From assembly GCA_963702895.1 (NCBI GenBank), contig OY969767.1, forward strand, positions 1,216,001-1,280,000: DNA of 64,000 nt, in the 5' to 3' direction. The position numbers and the translations under genes were made by a program. The notes beneath the pieces were generated by a model. That model saw nothing but the letters and a program-made list of their open reading frames with translations. It ran no database searches and was not told the DNA's origin. The stretch is from an uncultured Elusimicrobia bacterium. GTDB lineage: Bacteria > Elusimicrobiota > Elusimicrobia > 2-01-FULL-59-12. How positions within the stretch are numbered: the stretch's first letter is position 1; every line of letters begins with the position of its first letter. Shown here one piece after another: positions 38,497 to 48,140 of the stretch.

Positions 38497-39506
38497 CTGG
38501 CCCTCCCCGCGTATTGAGAACGATAATATTTTCGATAGGACGATGAACGGTAGAGGATCGATTCCCACCAGGCCTGGTGCTTCTGGTACCAGGCGACGGT
38601 CTCAACGAGGCCATCCTCGAAGCGGATCTTGGGCGTCCAGCCTAGCTCACGTCGGATTTTCCTGGCGGATAAGGCGTAACGGCGATCATGCCCAGGTCGA
38701 TCGGGTACGTGCTGGATCAAGGCAGCAGGTTTCTTGAGCTCGCGCAAAAGCATCTTCGCGACGGATAGATTGGTCCACCCTCGGCCTGTCCCAATGTTGT
38801 AAACCCCGCCAGGGCACCCTTTTCTCAATACACGCTCAATCGCCAGGCAATGGTCCGTCACATGAAGCCATTCGCGGACATGCAAGCCGTCTCCATATAA
38901 CGGCAAGCGTTCATCTGTGAGTGCGCGTGTGATAAAAAGCGGTAAGAACTTTTCCGGGTATTGGTAGGGGCCATAATTGTTGCCAGAGCGTGTAATGAGC
39001 GTCGGGAGTCCGTAGGTGTGATGATAGGCTTGAACGAGGTGATCGGCAGCGGCTTTGCTCGCGGAGTACGGGCTTCGAGGTTCGAGAGGCGACTCTTCGG
39101 AAGCAAAGCCGCGCGCTAAGGAGCCATACACCTCATCGGTTGAGATTTGCAAAAAACGTTGAACCTGAAAGCGCTTGGCGGCCTCTAGAAGAGTATGGAC
39201 GCCTACCACGTTGGAATGGAGGAAAGGAGCTGCGTCTTGGATCGATCGGTCGACATGTGTTTCCGCGGCAAAATTGACCACATGGTCAACCTGACGCATG
39301 AATCGTGACACGACCGTATCGGATGCGATGTCGCCACGCACAAAACGATATTTTGAACTCTGCTTGAATTCGCGAAGGCCTTCCAGGTACCCCGCATAGG
39401 TAAGCTTATCGAGATTGATGATCAGCCGCACATCCTGCCGCTTGATCATGAGTCGGATAAAATGGGACCCAATAAAACCAGCCCCACCTGTGACGAGGAG
39501 TCTCAC
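38493..39506 (-). CDS. rmlB: dTDP-glucose 4,6-dehydratase
   Basis: DKLTYAG, NFAAETHVDRSI, STDEVYGS, SPYSASKA, NNYGPYQYPEK, DRPGHDRRY. Confidence 0.96.
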   Translation of the reverse strand: MRLLVTGGAGFIGSHFIRLMIKRQDVRLIINLDKLTYAGYLEGLREFKQSSKYRFVRGDIASDTVVSRFMRQVDHVVNFAAETHVDRSIQDAAPFLHSNVVGVHTLLEAAKRFQVQRFLQISTDEVYGSLARGFASEESPLEPRSPYSASKAAADHLVQAYHHTYGLPTLITRSGNNYGPYQYPEKFLPLFITRALTDERLPLYGDGLHVREWLHVTDHCLAIERVLRKGCPGGVYNIGTGRGWTNLSVAKMLLRELKKPAALIQHVPDRPGHDRRYALSARKIRRELGWTPKIRFEDGLVETVAWYQKHQAWWESILYRSSSYRKYYRSQYAGRAR

Positions 39507-40432
39507 GACTTATTGAACCATTCCCAAGTCCTTTTGAGCCCCTCTTCTAGGCCGACTTGGGGCTTGTAGCCAAGCTGTTTCTTGGCTTTACGGATATCCG
39601 CCCATGTCATGCGAACATCCCCTGGCCTGGGTGGCGTGTGGTGGCGCGTCACTTTGTGCCCGGCAAGCTTTTCGAGGACGCTGATAATGTCCAGAAGCGC
39701 ATAATTCTTTCCATTGGCGATATTAAAGACCTCTCCCGAGATGTTGGGGCGTTCGGCGGCCAAGAGATTAGCCTGGACGACATTCTCGATATAGGTGAAA
39801 TCTCTTGACTGCTTGCCGTCGGAATGGACCTCCAGGGGCTTGTCGTCTTTGACAGACTGGAGAAATTTGGGGATGACCGCCGCATACTGCGATTCAGGGT
39901 GTTGTCTGGGCCCAAACACATTAAAGTAGCGTAAGGAGACGGTCTCAAGACCAAAGGATTTCGCAAAAACGATACTGTAGTGCTCTGCCGCGAGCTTCGA
40001 CACAGCATAGGGAGACAGGGGCACGCACGGCATGGTTTCGATTTGGGGAAATTTCTTTTGATCGCCGTAGACTGACGAGGAGGAGGCGTACACGACGCGC
40101 CGCACTCGAGCGTCACGCGCCGCTAGAAGCAAACCTAGCGTCCCAACGACATTGACGTCATTAGACGATGTCGGGTCATCCATCGATCGTGGGACAGAAC
40201 GCAGGGCCGCCTGATGGAAGATGACTTCCACATCCCGAACAGCCTTTTCGAGGTCCACTTTTTCGCGAAGATCGCCACGAATGAAGTCAATGCGAGATCC
40301 AAAAGCCTCGATGGTCTCTGGTCTGCCCGTGGTCATGTTGTCCAAAACACGCACAGAATCCCCGCGCGTAAGCAAGGCTTCGACAACATGGGAACCGATG
40401 AACCCGGCACCGCCGGTCACTAAGCACTTCAT
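39503..40432 (-). CDS. NAD-dependent epimerase, WbpP-like UDP-GlcNAc 4-epimerase
   Basis: HQAALRSVPRS, ASSSSVYGD, SPYAVSK, LRYFNVFGPRQ.P...YAAVIP, SRDFTY. Confidence 0.85.
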   Translation of the reverse strand: MKCLVTGGAGFIGSHVVEALLTRGDSVRVLDNMTTGRPETIEAFGSRIDFIRGDLREKVDLEKAVRDVEVIFHQAALRSVPRSMDDPTSSNDVNVVGTLGLLLAARDARVRRVVYASSSSVYGDQKKFPQIETMPCVPLSPYAVSKLAAEHYSIVFAKSFGLETVSLRYFNVFGPRQHPESQYAAVIPKFLQSVKDDKPLEVHSDGKQSRDFTYIENVVQANLLAAERPNISGEVFNIANGKNYALLDIISVLEKLAGHKVTRHHTPPRPGDVRMTWADIRKAKKQLGYKPQVGLEEGLKRTWEWFNKS

Positions 40433-40501
40433 CTCTTGATTAGTCCGAAATCTTCCTTTGGGAAAGCTTTATCGTCCGGCCCTGCTACACTTTTCTGTGC
40501 T

Positions 40502-40620
40502 GTCATCCCGGCGAACGCCGGGATCCATCATGTCCGTCGTAGCACGATAGACCCCGTCCGCCACACGGCAGGACGGACGGCCCGCCGGATGTGTGGAGGG
40601 CCGGCTTTCGCCGGGGTGAC
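40502..40620 (+). repeat. REP/RPE-like palindromic element, copy 1
   Basis: GTCATCCCGGCGAACGCCGGGATCCA ... CCGGCTTTCGCCGGGGTGAC; homologous to the reverse complement of 45716-45832. Confidence 0.88.
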
Positions 40621-40665
40621 GTCTACTGAAGATTCTAGGTTGATAATTTTACATTATTTGAAATT

Positions 40666-41223
40666 TTAGATACTAAAGGCGCTGGACAGGTCACGTTCGA
40701 TCTGTCTTATGGTCACACCTTGTTGATCTTTAACGGAGAGGACAGGATTTCGTATGGGCCAGGCTATGGCAAGATCCGGATCATTCCAGGCCAGATGGAT
40801 TTCGCTCGAAGGATCATAGAGATCCGTACATTTGTATTGCACTTCAGCCGCCTCACTGAGCACACAAAATCCGTGCGCGAAGCCAGCTGGGATGTAGAGC
40901 TGGCAAGGATGCTGTTCGGAAAGTGTAATGCCGTACCATTTCTTATAGGTAGGAGACGATGGACGAATATCGACGGCCACGTCCCAAATCTCCCCTGTCA
41001 CGACATGGACAAGTTTGCCCTGAGGACGAACGAGCTGAGCATGCAGCCCGCGTAACGTCGACCGCGAAGATTTCGATATATTGTCCTGAACAAACGGGCC
41101 TGTGATGCCGGCTTGCGCGTATTTGGCGGCGTGATAACTTTCTAAAAAGTACCCCCGTGGGTCACGGTAGACGTCGAGTTCGATGTGGATTACGCCCGGC
41201 AAGGGTGTCTCGCTAAACTTCAT
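40666..41223 (-). CDS. rmlC: dTDP-4-dehydrorhamnose 3,5-epimerase
   Basis: D.RGYFLE, VQDN.S.S..TLRGLH, QGKLV, DVAVDIR, GFAHGF, YKC, WNDP. Confidence 0.95.
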   Translation of the reverse strand: MKFSETPLPGVIHIELDVYRDPRGYFLESYHAAKYAQAGITGPFVQDNISKSSRSTLRGLHAQLVRPQGKLVHVVTGEIWDVAVDIRPSSPTYKKWYGITLSEQHPCQLYIPAGFAHGFCVLSEAAEVQYKCTDLYDPSSEIHLAWNDPDLAIAWPIRNPVLSVKDQQGVTIRQIERDLSSAFSI

Positions 41224-42086
41224 GAGAGCAGTCGCAGAAGATGTTGGCCGTAATCTGTCTTGGCCATGGGACGAGCGAGCTCACGGACGTGGTCGGCACT
41301 GATGTACCCGAACCGATAGGCGATTTCTTCAAGACAACCCACTTTGAGTCCTTGCCGCTGTTCTATGGCTTGAATGAAGTTCGACGCTTGAAGGAGTGAA
41401 TCATATGTGCCCGTGTCGAGCCAAGCGATGCCGCGCCCTAGCTCAACCACATGAAGAGATTTCTTTTTCAAATACACTTCAATGACATGGGCAATTTCGA
41501 GCTCTCCACGTTGGGAGGGCTTGAGCTTCTTGGCAACCTCAATCACATCCGAGCTAAAGAAATAAAGCCCCGGGACAGCGTACGACGAGCGCGGCTTGGT
41601 AGGCTTCTCTTCGATGGAGAGCGCCCGGCCTCTCTGATTGAACGTGATGACACCGTAGTGTTCGGGATTTTTGACTTGATACGCGAAGATTGTGGCGCTT
41701 CGGCTCTGTCGGGAGGCCTTCTGGAGCTGGGCGGTCAAGCCATGGCCATAAAAGATATTGTCGCCCAGGATGAGGGCCACGGGGTCGTGGCCGATGAACT
41801 CCTCGCCGATCAAAAACGCTTCGGCAATGCCTCGCGGGGACGGCTGCACCGCGTAGGAAAGACGAAGACCGAGCCAAGAACCATTCCCCAGCAGCCGAAT
41901 AAATCCTTCCTGCTCATGCGGCGTCGTGATGATCAGGATCTCCCGCACGCCCGAGAGCATCAGTGTGGAGAGCGGGTAGTAGATCATGGGCTTATCATAG
42001 ACAGGGAGCAATTGCTTGCTCGCTGCTCGAGTGATCGGAAAGAGCCGCGTCCCGCTACCGCCGGCCAAAATGATCCCTTTTCTCAT
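41220..42086 (-). CDS. rmlA: Glucose-1-phosphate thymidylyltransferase
   Basis: [56 protein letters not shown]. Start 42086. Confidence 0.97.
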   Translation of the reverse strand: MRKGIILAGGSGTRLFPITRAASKQLLPVYDKPMIYYPLSTLMLSGVREILIITTPHEQEGFIRLLGNGSWLGLRLSYAVQPSPRGIAEAFLIGEEFIGHDPVALILGDNIFYGHGLTAQLQKASRQSRSATIFAYQVKNPEHYGVITFNQRGRALSIEEKPTKPRSSYAVPGLYFFSSDVIEVAKKLKPSQRGELEIAHVIEVYLKKKSLHVVELGRGIAWLDTGTYDSLLQASNFIQAIEQRQGLKVGCLEEIAYRFGYISADHVRELARPMAKTDYGQHLLRLLS

Positions 42087-42097
42087 AGGAGGCCCTC

Positions 42098-42109
42098 TAA
42101 GTATACTTA
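42098..42109. promoter_or_regulatory. Palindromic, putatively bidirectional -10 element
   Basis: Perfect 12-bp palindrome TAAGTATACTTA gives TATACT on both strands within the 29-bp gap between divergent rmlA and the ArnT-like gene. Confidence 0.65.
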
Positions 42110-42115
42110 ACCAAC

Positions 42116-43558
42116 TTGCGTTGGACGAATACCACATCGTCGTTTTGGTTGATTGTGCTCTGGAGTTTCGCCGTGCACCTCCCGGGATTATTTTCTCCCC
42201 TACGAGACTACCATGCCTACCGGCAGTGTCAGACCGCATCGATGGCGAGGAACTATGCGCAGCACGGCATGCACTTTCTATCACCCGAAGTCGACACCGA
42301 AGGGCCTCCGGTGCGAGCCGGGACCGAATTTCCCCTTTACAGTTATCTCCTGGCCATGCTGTTCAGTGCTTTTGGAACGAATGAGTTATTCGGCAGACTC
42401 TTGAGCATGGTCTTCGCCGCGTGGGGCGCATGGTATCTCTATCGTTTGGTCCAGCCACGTCTCGGCGAAACGATTGCCTTCTACAGCGCCCTGGTTCTCT
42501 GCGCGATCCCGATCCACATCTATTTCACCCGTACGGTGCAACCGGAACCGATGGCCCTCTGGGGGCTCATCGGATTCGCCTGTTACGCCGACCTGTGGCA
42601 ATCCGGCAAGAGGAAGGCGATTTATTGGATCAATGCGCTTCTTCTTGCGGCCATCGCGCCGCTCTTGAAACTTCCCTTCCTCTATCTGATTGTCGGCCTG
42701 TGGTTTTTTATTGCTTATGATCATGGGAAATGGCGTGCCGTCTTCCAGCTTTCTTGGCTGGCGCTCCTGCTCAGCGTTTTGGGGCTTTGTTTCGCCTGGT
42801 ACGACTATGCGAAGAGTGCGCCCGTGGTCCTTCTTCCCCTTGGCCTTTCCGATCATCTGGCTAATCTTGCCCCTGTCTTCTCCGTTGGCTTATGGAAAGA
42901 CCAGTTTTGGTCCCGTTTTCCAGAACTCGTGTTTACTTACCCCGGGTTGCTCTTGGCCGGCGCCGGGTTTTACAACCTGCGCAAGGCCAAGTCTTTATTC
43001 CTTTTAGCGGGCTGGACGCTGACGAGCCTTGTCTATGTTGTGCTTCTTGGCGGCTACGGCCTCATGCACAAATACACGCTCTTGCCCGTGGCTCCTGTTG
43101 CAGCGGTTTGGATCGCGAGCGGCATTGGCATGCTCAAGGGGTATGCCCAAGGGAGATTCATCCGAAGCGTCTTTCTTCTGATTCTGGTGATTGGAATCCC
43201 CGTGCATGCGGCATTTCGAATTGGCCATTGGTATCGTGTTGAATACGACTATCTGTCCCGCGTGAAAGAAGCGATTGATCGACGAGCCCAACCGAAAGAC
43301 CTCGTACTCGTCATCACGCATGAAAAGCCACAACACCTTTATTATCTCCATCGCTATGGGTACAGTCTCGAGCCTTCCCGATGGAAGAAGGACGACGTGC
43401 TCACCATGCTCCATCAAGGAGTGCGCTTTATTCTCATTCCGACCTTCGACAACGCCAAAAGACTCACGGAATGGCGGGCTTTGTTGAGAGGGAAAGCCGA
43501 GCTAATTGAAGAGGATGACGATTATTTGCTCTATCAGTCTGTTGCCCGCCAAGGATAA
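42116..43558 (+). CDS. ArnT/PMT-family (GT-C) membrane glycosyltransferase
   Basis: [33 protein letters not shown]; many TM helices; the only real + strand gene. Confidence 0.82.
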   Translation: MRWTNTTSSFWLIVLWSFAVHLPGLFSPLRDYHAYRQCQTASMARNYAQHGMHFLSPEVDTEGPPVRAGTEFPLYSYLLAMLFSAFGTNELFGRLLSMVFAAWGAWYLYRLVQPRLGETIAFYSALVLCAIPIHIYFTRTVQPEPMALWGLIGFACYADLWQSGKRKAIYWINALLLAAIAPLLKLPFLYLIVGLWFFIAYDHGKWRAVFQLSWLALLLSVLGLCFAWYDYAKSAPVVLLPLGLSDHLANLAPVFSVGLWKDQFWSRFPELVFTYPGLLLAGAGFYNLRKAKSLFLLAGWTLTSLVYVVLLGGYGLMHKYTLLPVAPVAAVWIASGIGMLKGYAQGRFIRSVFLLILVIGIPVHAAFRIGHWYRVEYDYLSRVKEAIDRRAQPKDLVLVITHEKPQHLYYLHRYGYSLEPSRWKKDDVLTMLHQGVRFILIPTFDNAKRLTEWRALLRGKAELIEEDDDYLLYQSVARQG

Positions 43559-45957
43559 AACTGCGCCTCAAACTCCCTGTCACTTTTCTCACGTGCCTTC
43601 TGAGCACCCATCCTCAAATTAAAGAGAACGGAGTATTCCCGTGTTACGGGTGGCAGGTTTTTGTAAATGAACTGGATGTCCCAGCAGTGCATGTTGCGCG
43701 TGACCACAAACTGCGATTGGAGGAGCGAGGCATACCGGAGGTCACCCCAACGGGTGTTCGGTATGAGCGAATTGAGGATGGCCTCGACGCGCCATGAGCT
43801 CGAATAGTAAAACGCCGCCGTATTGTTCCACGTGAGATAACCGGCCTGGCCGGCGTTGTAGGAGAGTCCTGTCTGCAAGGACGTATTGTGCGGCCATTTC
43901 CACCTTGCATCGGCTTCCCAGAGAAGGCTTCGCGTAGGGTAATAACCCATCTGATGGCGGAAGAAATAACTATGGGGGGAACCCGATCGCTGGATGGTCA
44001 ACTCATTGGTCCAGGGATCCACGCGCCTCTGACTGTATTGATAGGGGTCTTCATCCTCGAGGGATCTTAAATCATAGCCCGAGAAAGAGCGAAGCAAGAT
44101 CTGACGGGATGGCCTGAAATAGAGCAGCCATCTTAAGTGGTTCGTCTCCACCCCGCCGTCCGAGAGCGAGCGATCAAGCGCGAGCGCATTGGGCTCCATG
44201 CGGAGCGTGAGATTATAGTTTTGGTCAAGCGTAATCGGCGACCATGGCCTGTAGCGGAGATTGCCGGTGCCGCCCAAGCGTCCCTGGTAGCCGCGAAAAT
44301 AACCCGACGGAATTTCCACAGGCGCACCGGTTGACGTGCTGACAAAGGGATCGTATTTGTCCTGCCATTTCAAGGAAGGGGTAAGGGTTGTCGACAATGA
44401 CCATTGACGTGAGAGGTTGACCGGTAGCGAAAAAGTGGCCGCGGCATTGGCGCGCCAGCGGGTCTGGTCATCAATCCGCGAATAAGAGTTTTCCAAATTC
44501 CCATTGCCGGAAAGCTGCAGGGCGCCTACATGGTGGGGGTGTAAGACCTGTTCTAAGGTGTCGGTCGAGACACGCGGGGCCCAAAGAGGACGCTGGAAGA
44601 AACTGGCCTCATAGCGAGGCAAAGAAGCCTCCTGGATATGCGTTTCTCCGTAAAGCGGATCAGCGCCGGCATCAGGCGCTTCCAGCGATTTAAAGAGAAC
44701 ACGGTGGGTCGATTTTTTACTGGAATGCGTCAGGGCGACCGAATTGTTGATATCGGTCACGGATTGATTCGTGTCCTGCGTGAAGAACTGGTTGTTAAAG
44801 GAAACATTCTTACGGTGGTTGACATTGGACTGGAACGTGAGCGTTGGCGATACCTGTTGCCAGTGGTAAGAGCGAATGTTGTACTGCTCGGTCTTCGGCG
44901 CTCCAATGAGCTCGGGGGTCCCTTTAGGGTCGATATAGTATCCAAAGAGAGAACCCTTATAGTCTGGCCGAGAATAATTAAACTCATTTCCGAAACCCGT
45001 GCCAGAGACCGTGTAGAAATCGAGCAGGACTTTGTCGTAAATGCCGTCACGGATCCTGACGGTGGTCGTCGTCCGGGCGAAGGACCCTTTGACCGTGTCG
45101 TGCCCTGGCTCGACCTGGAACACAACGCGCTTGGGCTCAAAGGACTTGTACATAAAGGGCGAGTAGAAAATAGGCGTTTCGTCGATGTAGAAGCGGTTGT
45201 CCCATGCCCAGAAAAAGCGGTCTGGAATCAGATGCACGCGGCTCGAGCGAACATGGTAATGAGGGTCAATCAAGTCACAGGACGTAAACGACGCTTGGCG
45301 CCCGAGATAATAATCGAGGTTCTTTTCCCAACGGGCCCCTTGGAAATACCAAGGCGATCCATAACCTTTGCCGTCTGTCATTTCGCCTTTTTGTAAGGTG
45401 AGATCATAGGCCAGTTGATTTCCTGCGAGGACCGATCCCTGGTCCCTTAAAAAGACGTTGCCACGTCCTAGCAATCGATTATGCAGGCGGTCGTAAATGA
45501 CGAGGTCGGCGTGGAGTGTCGAACTGCCTTGCAGAACCACCACATGACCTTCGGCGGTCAGTTCTTGTGTCTCATCGTTGTATTCCAGAACGTCCGAGGA
45601 AATGTCGAAGGGATGGTGAGCGTTGAAAGCTTGGAGGATGCCTGGTCTTAGGACGACGGAGAACACGATCAACGCTAGCAGGCTGCCGAAAAAGTGTATC
45701 AACGTCTCTTTTGACGTCACCCCGGCGGAAGCCGGCCCTCCAGACACCCGGCGGGCCGGGTCGCCGGACTTGTGGAGACCCGGGGTCCAGTTCACCGACG
45801 ATGTTCTGGATTCCGGCTTTCGCCGGAATGACGCCTGTAAGACCTTCGGAAGGATTTTTCGGCAGCCGGCTAGCCGAGCGAAGAAAACCAGAGGTCTAGG
45901 GTACAACGATTCGAGCGGTAGGGGGCAGAAGCGCTGAGGACTATCTGAAAAGTTCAT
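43534..45957 (-). CDS. lptD: LptD-like LPS-assembly outer-membrane protein
   Basis: N-terminal jellyroll-type segment (LTAEGHVVV...LHAD...GNV) and FTSCD...PHY....V...P....A....FYIDETPIFYSP; beta-rich C-terminus with HCW. Start uncertain (ATG 45957 or TTG 45702). Confidence 0.75.
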   Translation of the reverse strand: MNFSDSPQRFCPLPLESLYPRPLVFFARLAGCRKILPKVLQASFRRKPESRTSSVNWTPGLHKSGDPARRVSGGPASAGVTSKETLIHFFGSLLALIVFSVVLRPGILQAFNAHHPFDISSDVLEYNDETQELTAEGHVVVLQGSSTLHADLVIYDRLHNRLLGRGNVFLRDQGSVLAGNQLAYDLTLQKGEMTDGKGYGSPWYFQGARWEKNLDYYLGRQASFTSCDLIDPHYHVRSSRVHLIPDRFFWAWDNRFYIDETPIFYSPFMYKSFEPKRVVFQVEPGHDTVKGSFARTTTTVRIRDGIYDKVLLDFYTVSGTGFGNEFNYSRPDYKGSLFGYYIDPKGTPELIGAPKTEQYNIRSYHWQQVSPTLTFQSNVNHRKNVSFNNQFFTQDTNQSVTDINNSVALTHSSKKSTHRVLFKSLEAPDAGADPLYGETHIQEASLPRYEASFFQRPLWAPRVSTDTLEQVLHPHHVGALQLSGNGNLENSYSRIDDQTRWRANAAATFSLPVNLSRQWSLSTTLTPSLKWQDKYDPFVSTSTGAPVEIPSGYFRGYQGRLGGTGNLRYRPWSPITLDQNYNLTLRMEPNALALDRSLSDGGVETNHLRWLLYFRPSRQILLRSFSGYDLRSLEDEDPYQYSQRRVDPWTNELTIQRSGSPHSYFFRHQMGYYPTRSLLWEADARWKWPHNTSLQTGLSYNAGQAGYLTWNNTAAFYYSSSWRVEAILNSLIPNTRWGDLRYASLLQSQFVVTRNMHCWDIQFIYKNLPPVTREYSVLFNLRMGAQKAREKSDREFEAQFYPWRATD
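45675..45873. mobile_element. MITE-like element with terminal inverted repeats, containing REP/RPE-like copy 2 (45716-45832)
   Basis: CTAGCAGGCTGCCGAAAAA ... TTTTTCGGCAGCCGGCTAG (one mismatch), CTAG at both ends; internal GTCACCCCGGCGGAAGCCGG...TGGATTCCGGCTTTCGCCGGAATGAC. Confidence 0.8.
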
Positions 45958-46897
45958 GCGCCAAGAGCCCTGCGCCAACCATGCCGAGGTCCTGATCCAA
46001 CCGGGAGATGACCAGTTTCACAGCTCTTGCGGGGGTGTGGAAACTTCTCTCCAGAATGGTGCGTTTCAAGGGCTGGAGCAAGAGGGGACCCGCACGGGAT
46101 AGCCCACCCGCAATCACGATCCATTCGGGGTTCAGCAAATTCACGACGGATGCCAGCGTCGTTCCCAGCCGTGTCCCGGCCTGTTCCCAGAGGTGCAGTG
46201 CGAGGGAATCACCCGCGCGCGCGGCTTTCTGGATGATATGAGGAGATAATTTCGACCAATCGCCATGGACTTGCGTTGAGAGGAGACTCTTCGTACCGGA
46301 CTTGATAGCCAGGACCGCTTCCTGGCACATCGCTTTCGATCCGACATAGCGCTCGGTGCATCCCTGGTTGCCGCAGGGACAAGGGACTCCATTTGGACAG
46401 AGTGTCATATGTCCGAGCTCGCCAGCGCTGCCCGTCGCGCCATGATAAAGCTTGCCATCGATGACCAGGCCCCCGCCAACCCCTGTGCCGACCGTGACGC
46501 AGAGCAGATTGCTGACGCGCCTTTTGGCCTCCACCACATATGCGGCCCAGGCGGCGACGTTGGCGTCGTTATCCACCAGGATGGGGACGTGGAGTTGTTC
46601 GAGCAGCATGCGCTTCAGTGGGACATTCTTCCAAAGCAGATTGGGAGACATCCGCACAACTCCTTTGCTGGAATCGATATCGCCCGCACAACCTACCCCA
46701 ATGCCTTTGATGTGCTCCTTGCCAATTTGTCTGATCACCGCTCGTGCGAGTTCCACCACAGGCGCGATGATCTCTCTCGACGTGGCCTTCAGGGGCGTAG
46801 GTAAACGGGAGGACTGATGGATCTTGCCCTTCTGATCGACCAGCGCAACCTTGATGCCAGTTCCTCCCATATCAATTCCTAGCGTGAACTTAGACAT
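45941..46897 (-). CDS. ROK family sugar kinase (glucokinase-like)
   Basis: GIDMGGT, DNDANVAA, GTGVGGG, AGELGH, CPCGNQGCTE, AGGLS. Confidence 0.92.
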   Translation of the reverse strand: MSKFTLGIDMGGTGIKVALVDQKGKIHQSSRLPTPLKATSREIIAPVVELARAVIRQIGKEHIKGIGVGCAGDIDSSKGVVRMSPNLLWKNVPLKRMLLEQLHVPILVDNDANVAAWAAYVVEAKRRVSNLLCVTVGTGVGGGLVIDGKLYHGATGSAGELGHMTLCPNGVPCPCGNQGCTERYVGSKAMCQEAVLAIKSGTKSLLSTQVHGDWSKLSPHIIQKAARAGDSLALHLWEQAGTRLGTTLASVVNLLNPEWIVIAGGLSRAGPLLLQPLKRTILERSFHTPARAVKLVISRLDQDLGMVGAGLLAHELFR

Positions 46898-48140
46898 GAA
46901 TCGCCCTCGATGTTGGGTTGGTGCCTATCGTTTGTAAAGCGGTTCCGACGAGTGATAACGATCCTGTGATCACGATCAGCCCGTCTTTCGGCGTATCACG
47001 CCGCGATGCCAAATAAGCCGACTCAAAGTCGTGAAAAGTGCGCACCGGTATTCGTGGTGCATGGATCGCCTTGCGCAAGTCGTTCAACGAGGCAGCCCGA
47101 TGGCCGGACAATGGACAAAGGCATACCTCATCGGCAACGCGAGAGATCATGCGGCCCATGGAGGGGATGTCTTTATCCTTAAAAGCGCTGAAAATGAACG
47201 TCTTGGGAGCCTTCCGGTAGACAGAGCTGCGTAAAGCTTGGAGAAGCATCTTCATGGCCGATGGATTATGCGCGCCATCGAGTAAGACGGTTGGTCCGCG
47301 TGGGGAGGTGATCACCTGAAAGCGGCCAGGCCATTCGACATGTCGGAGCGCGGCTTGCATGGTGTCCTTGGGAATGACCCAGGCTTGCTTCGTGAGCTCT
47401 TGAAGTGCGGCGAGAACGATGGCGGCGTTATGGAGCTGAAACCCACCCGAGAGCCCAAAAGGAATCCTTTGAATTTTGAAATCCCTCCCCAGTTGGAGAA
47501 GCGTGCATTGTTTAAGGCGCGCCTCGTTGGCTACCACCGTTTTGGGAGATCCTTGGACACCGGATAGGGCTATCGTGCCCCTTCGAAAGATCCCGCATTT
47601 ATGTCGCGCAATCTCTTCCAACGTCTTTCCGAGGTAATCCGTATGGTCGAGTCCGACCGATGTCAGGATGCTCAAGAGAGGCGATCGAATGACGTTGGTC
47701 GCATCCCATCGGCCCCCCATGCCACATTCAATCACAGCGATTTCGACGGCGGCCTGTGCGAACACATGGAAGGCGGCTGCTGTGAGGAACTCAAAATACG
47801 TGAGCTTGACACGAACCTTGGCTTCGGCCGAGCGGATATCGCGACCAGCCGTGAGGAAGGTGTGCTCACGGATGGGTTGTCCATTGATTTTGATACGTTC
47901 GAGCAAATGAATGAGGTGGGGCGAGGTGTAAAGCCCGGTCTTGTAACCGCTGGCCCGTAACACAGACTCAAGGGCAGCCGCAACGGAGCCCTTGCCATTG
48001 GTGCCGGCAATCAAAAGAGCGGGCACACGGTCCTGTGGGGAGCCCAGAGCCGCGAGCACCTTGCGTATGCGGCCCAGCCCCGGGCGGATCCGGAAGACAT
48101 CACGGCGAGCAAGAGCTTTGATGAACGATTCGTAGCTCAT
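46890..48140 (-). CDS. folC: Dihydrofolate synthase/folylpolyglutamate synthase
   Basis: AGTNGKGS, YTSPHL..LERI, TYFE..T, E.GMGGRWDATNV, LDH..YLG, WPGR, LDGAHNP, TGSL. Start 48140. Confidence 0.95.
   Translation of the reverse strand: MSYESFIKALARRDVFRIRPGLGRIRKVLAALGSPQDRVPALLIAGTNGKGSVAAALESVLRASGYKTGLYTSPHLIHLLERIKINGQPIREHTFLTAGRDIRSAEAKVRVKLTYFEFLTAAAFHVFAQAAVEIAVIECGMGGRWDATNVIRSPLLSILTSVGLDHTDYLGKTLEEIARHKCGIFRRGTIALSGVQGSPKTVVANEARLKQCTLLQLGRDFKIQRIPFGLSGGFQLHNAAIVLAALQELTKQAWVIPKDTMQAALRHVEWPGRFQVITSPRGPTVLLDGAHNPSAMKMLLQALRSSVYRKAPKTFIFSAFKDKDIPSMGRMISRVADEVCLCPLSGHRAASLNDLRKAIHAPRIPVRTFHDFESAYLASRRDTPKDGLIVITGSLSLVGTALQTIGTNPTSRAIHV

Noticed and set aside
40436..40669. 77-aa + strand ORF
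   Set aside because: Translation of the REP-like element (VIPANAGIH...PAFAGVT), antisense to the operon.
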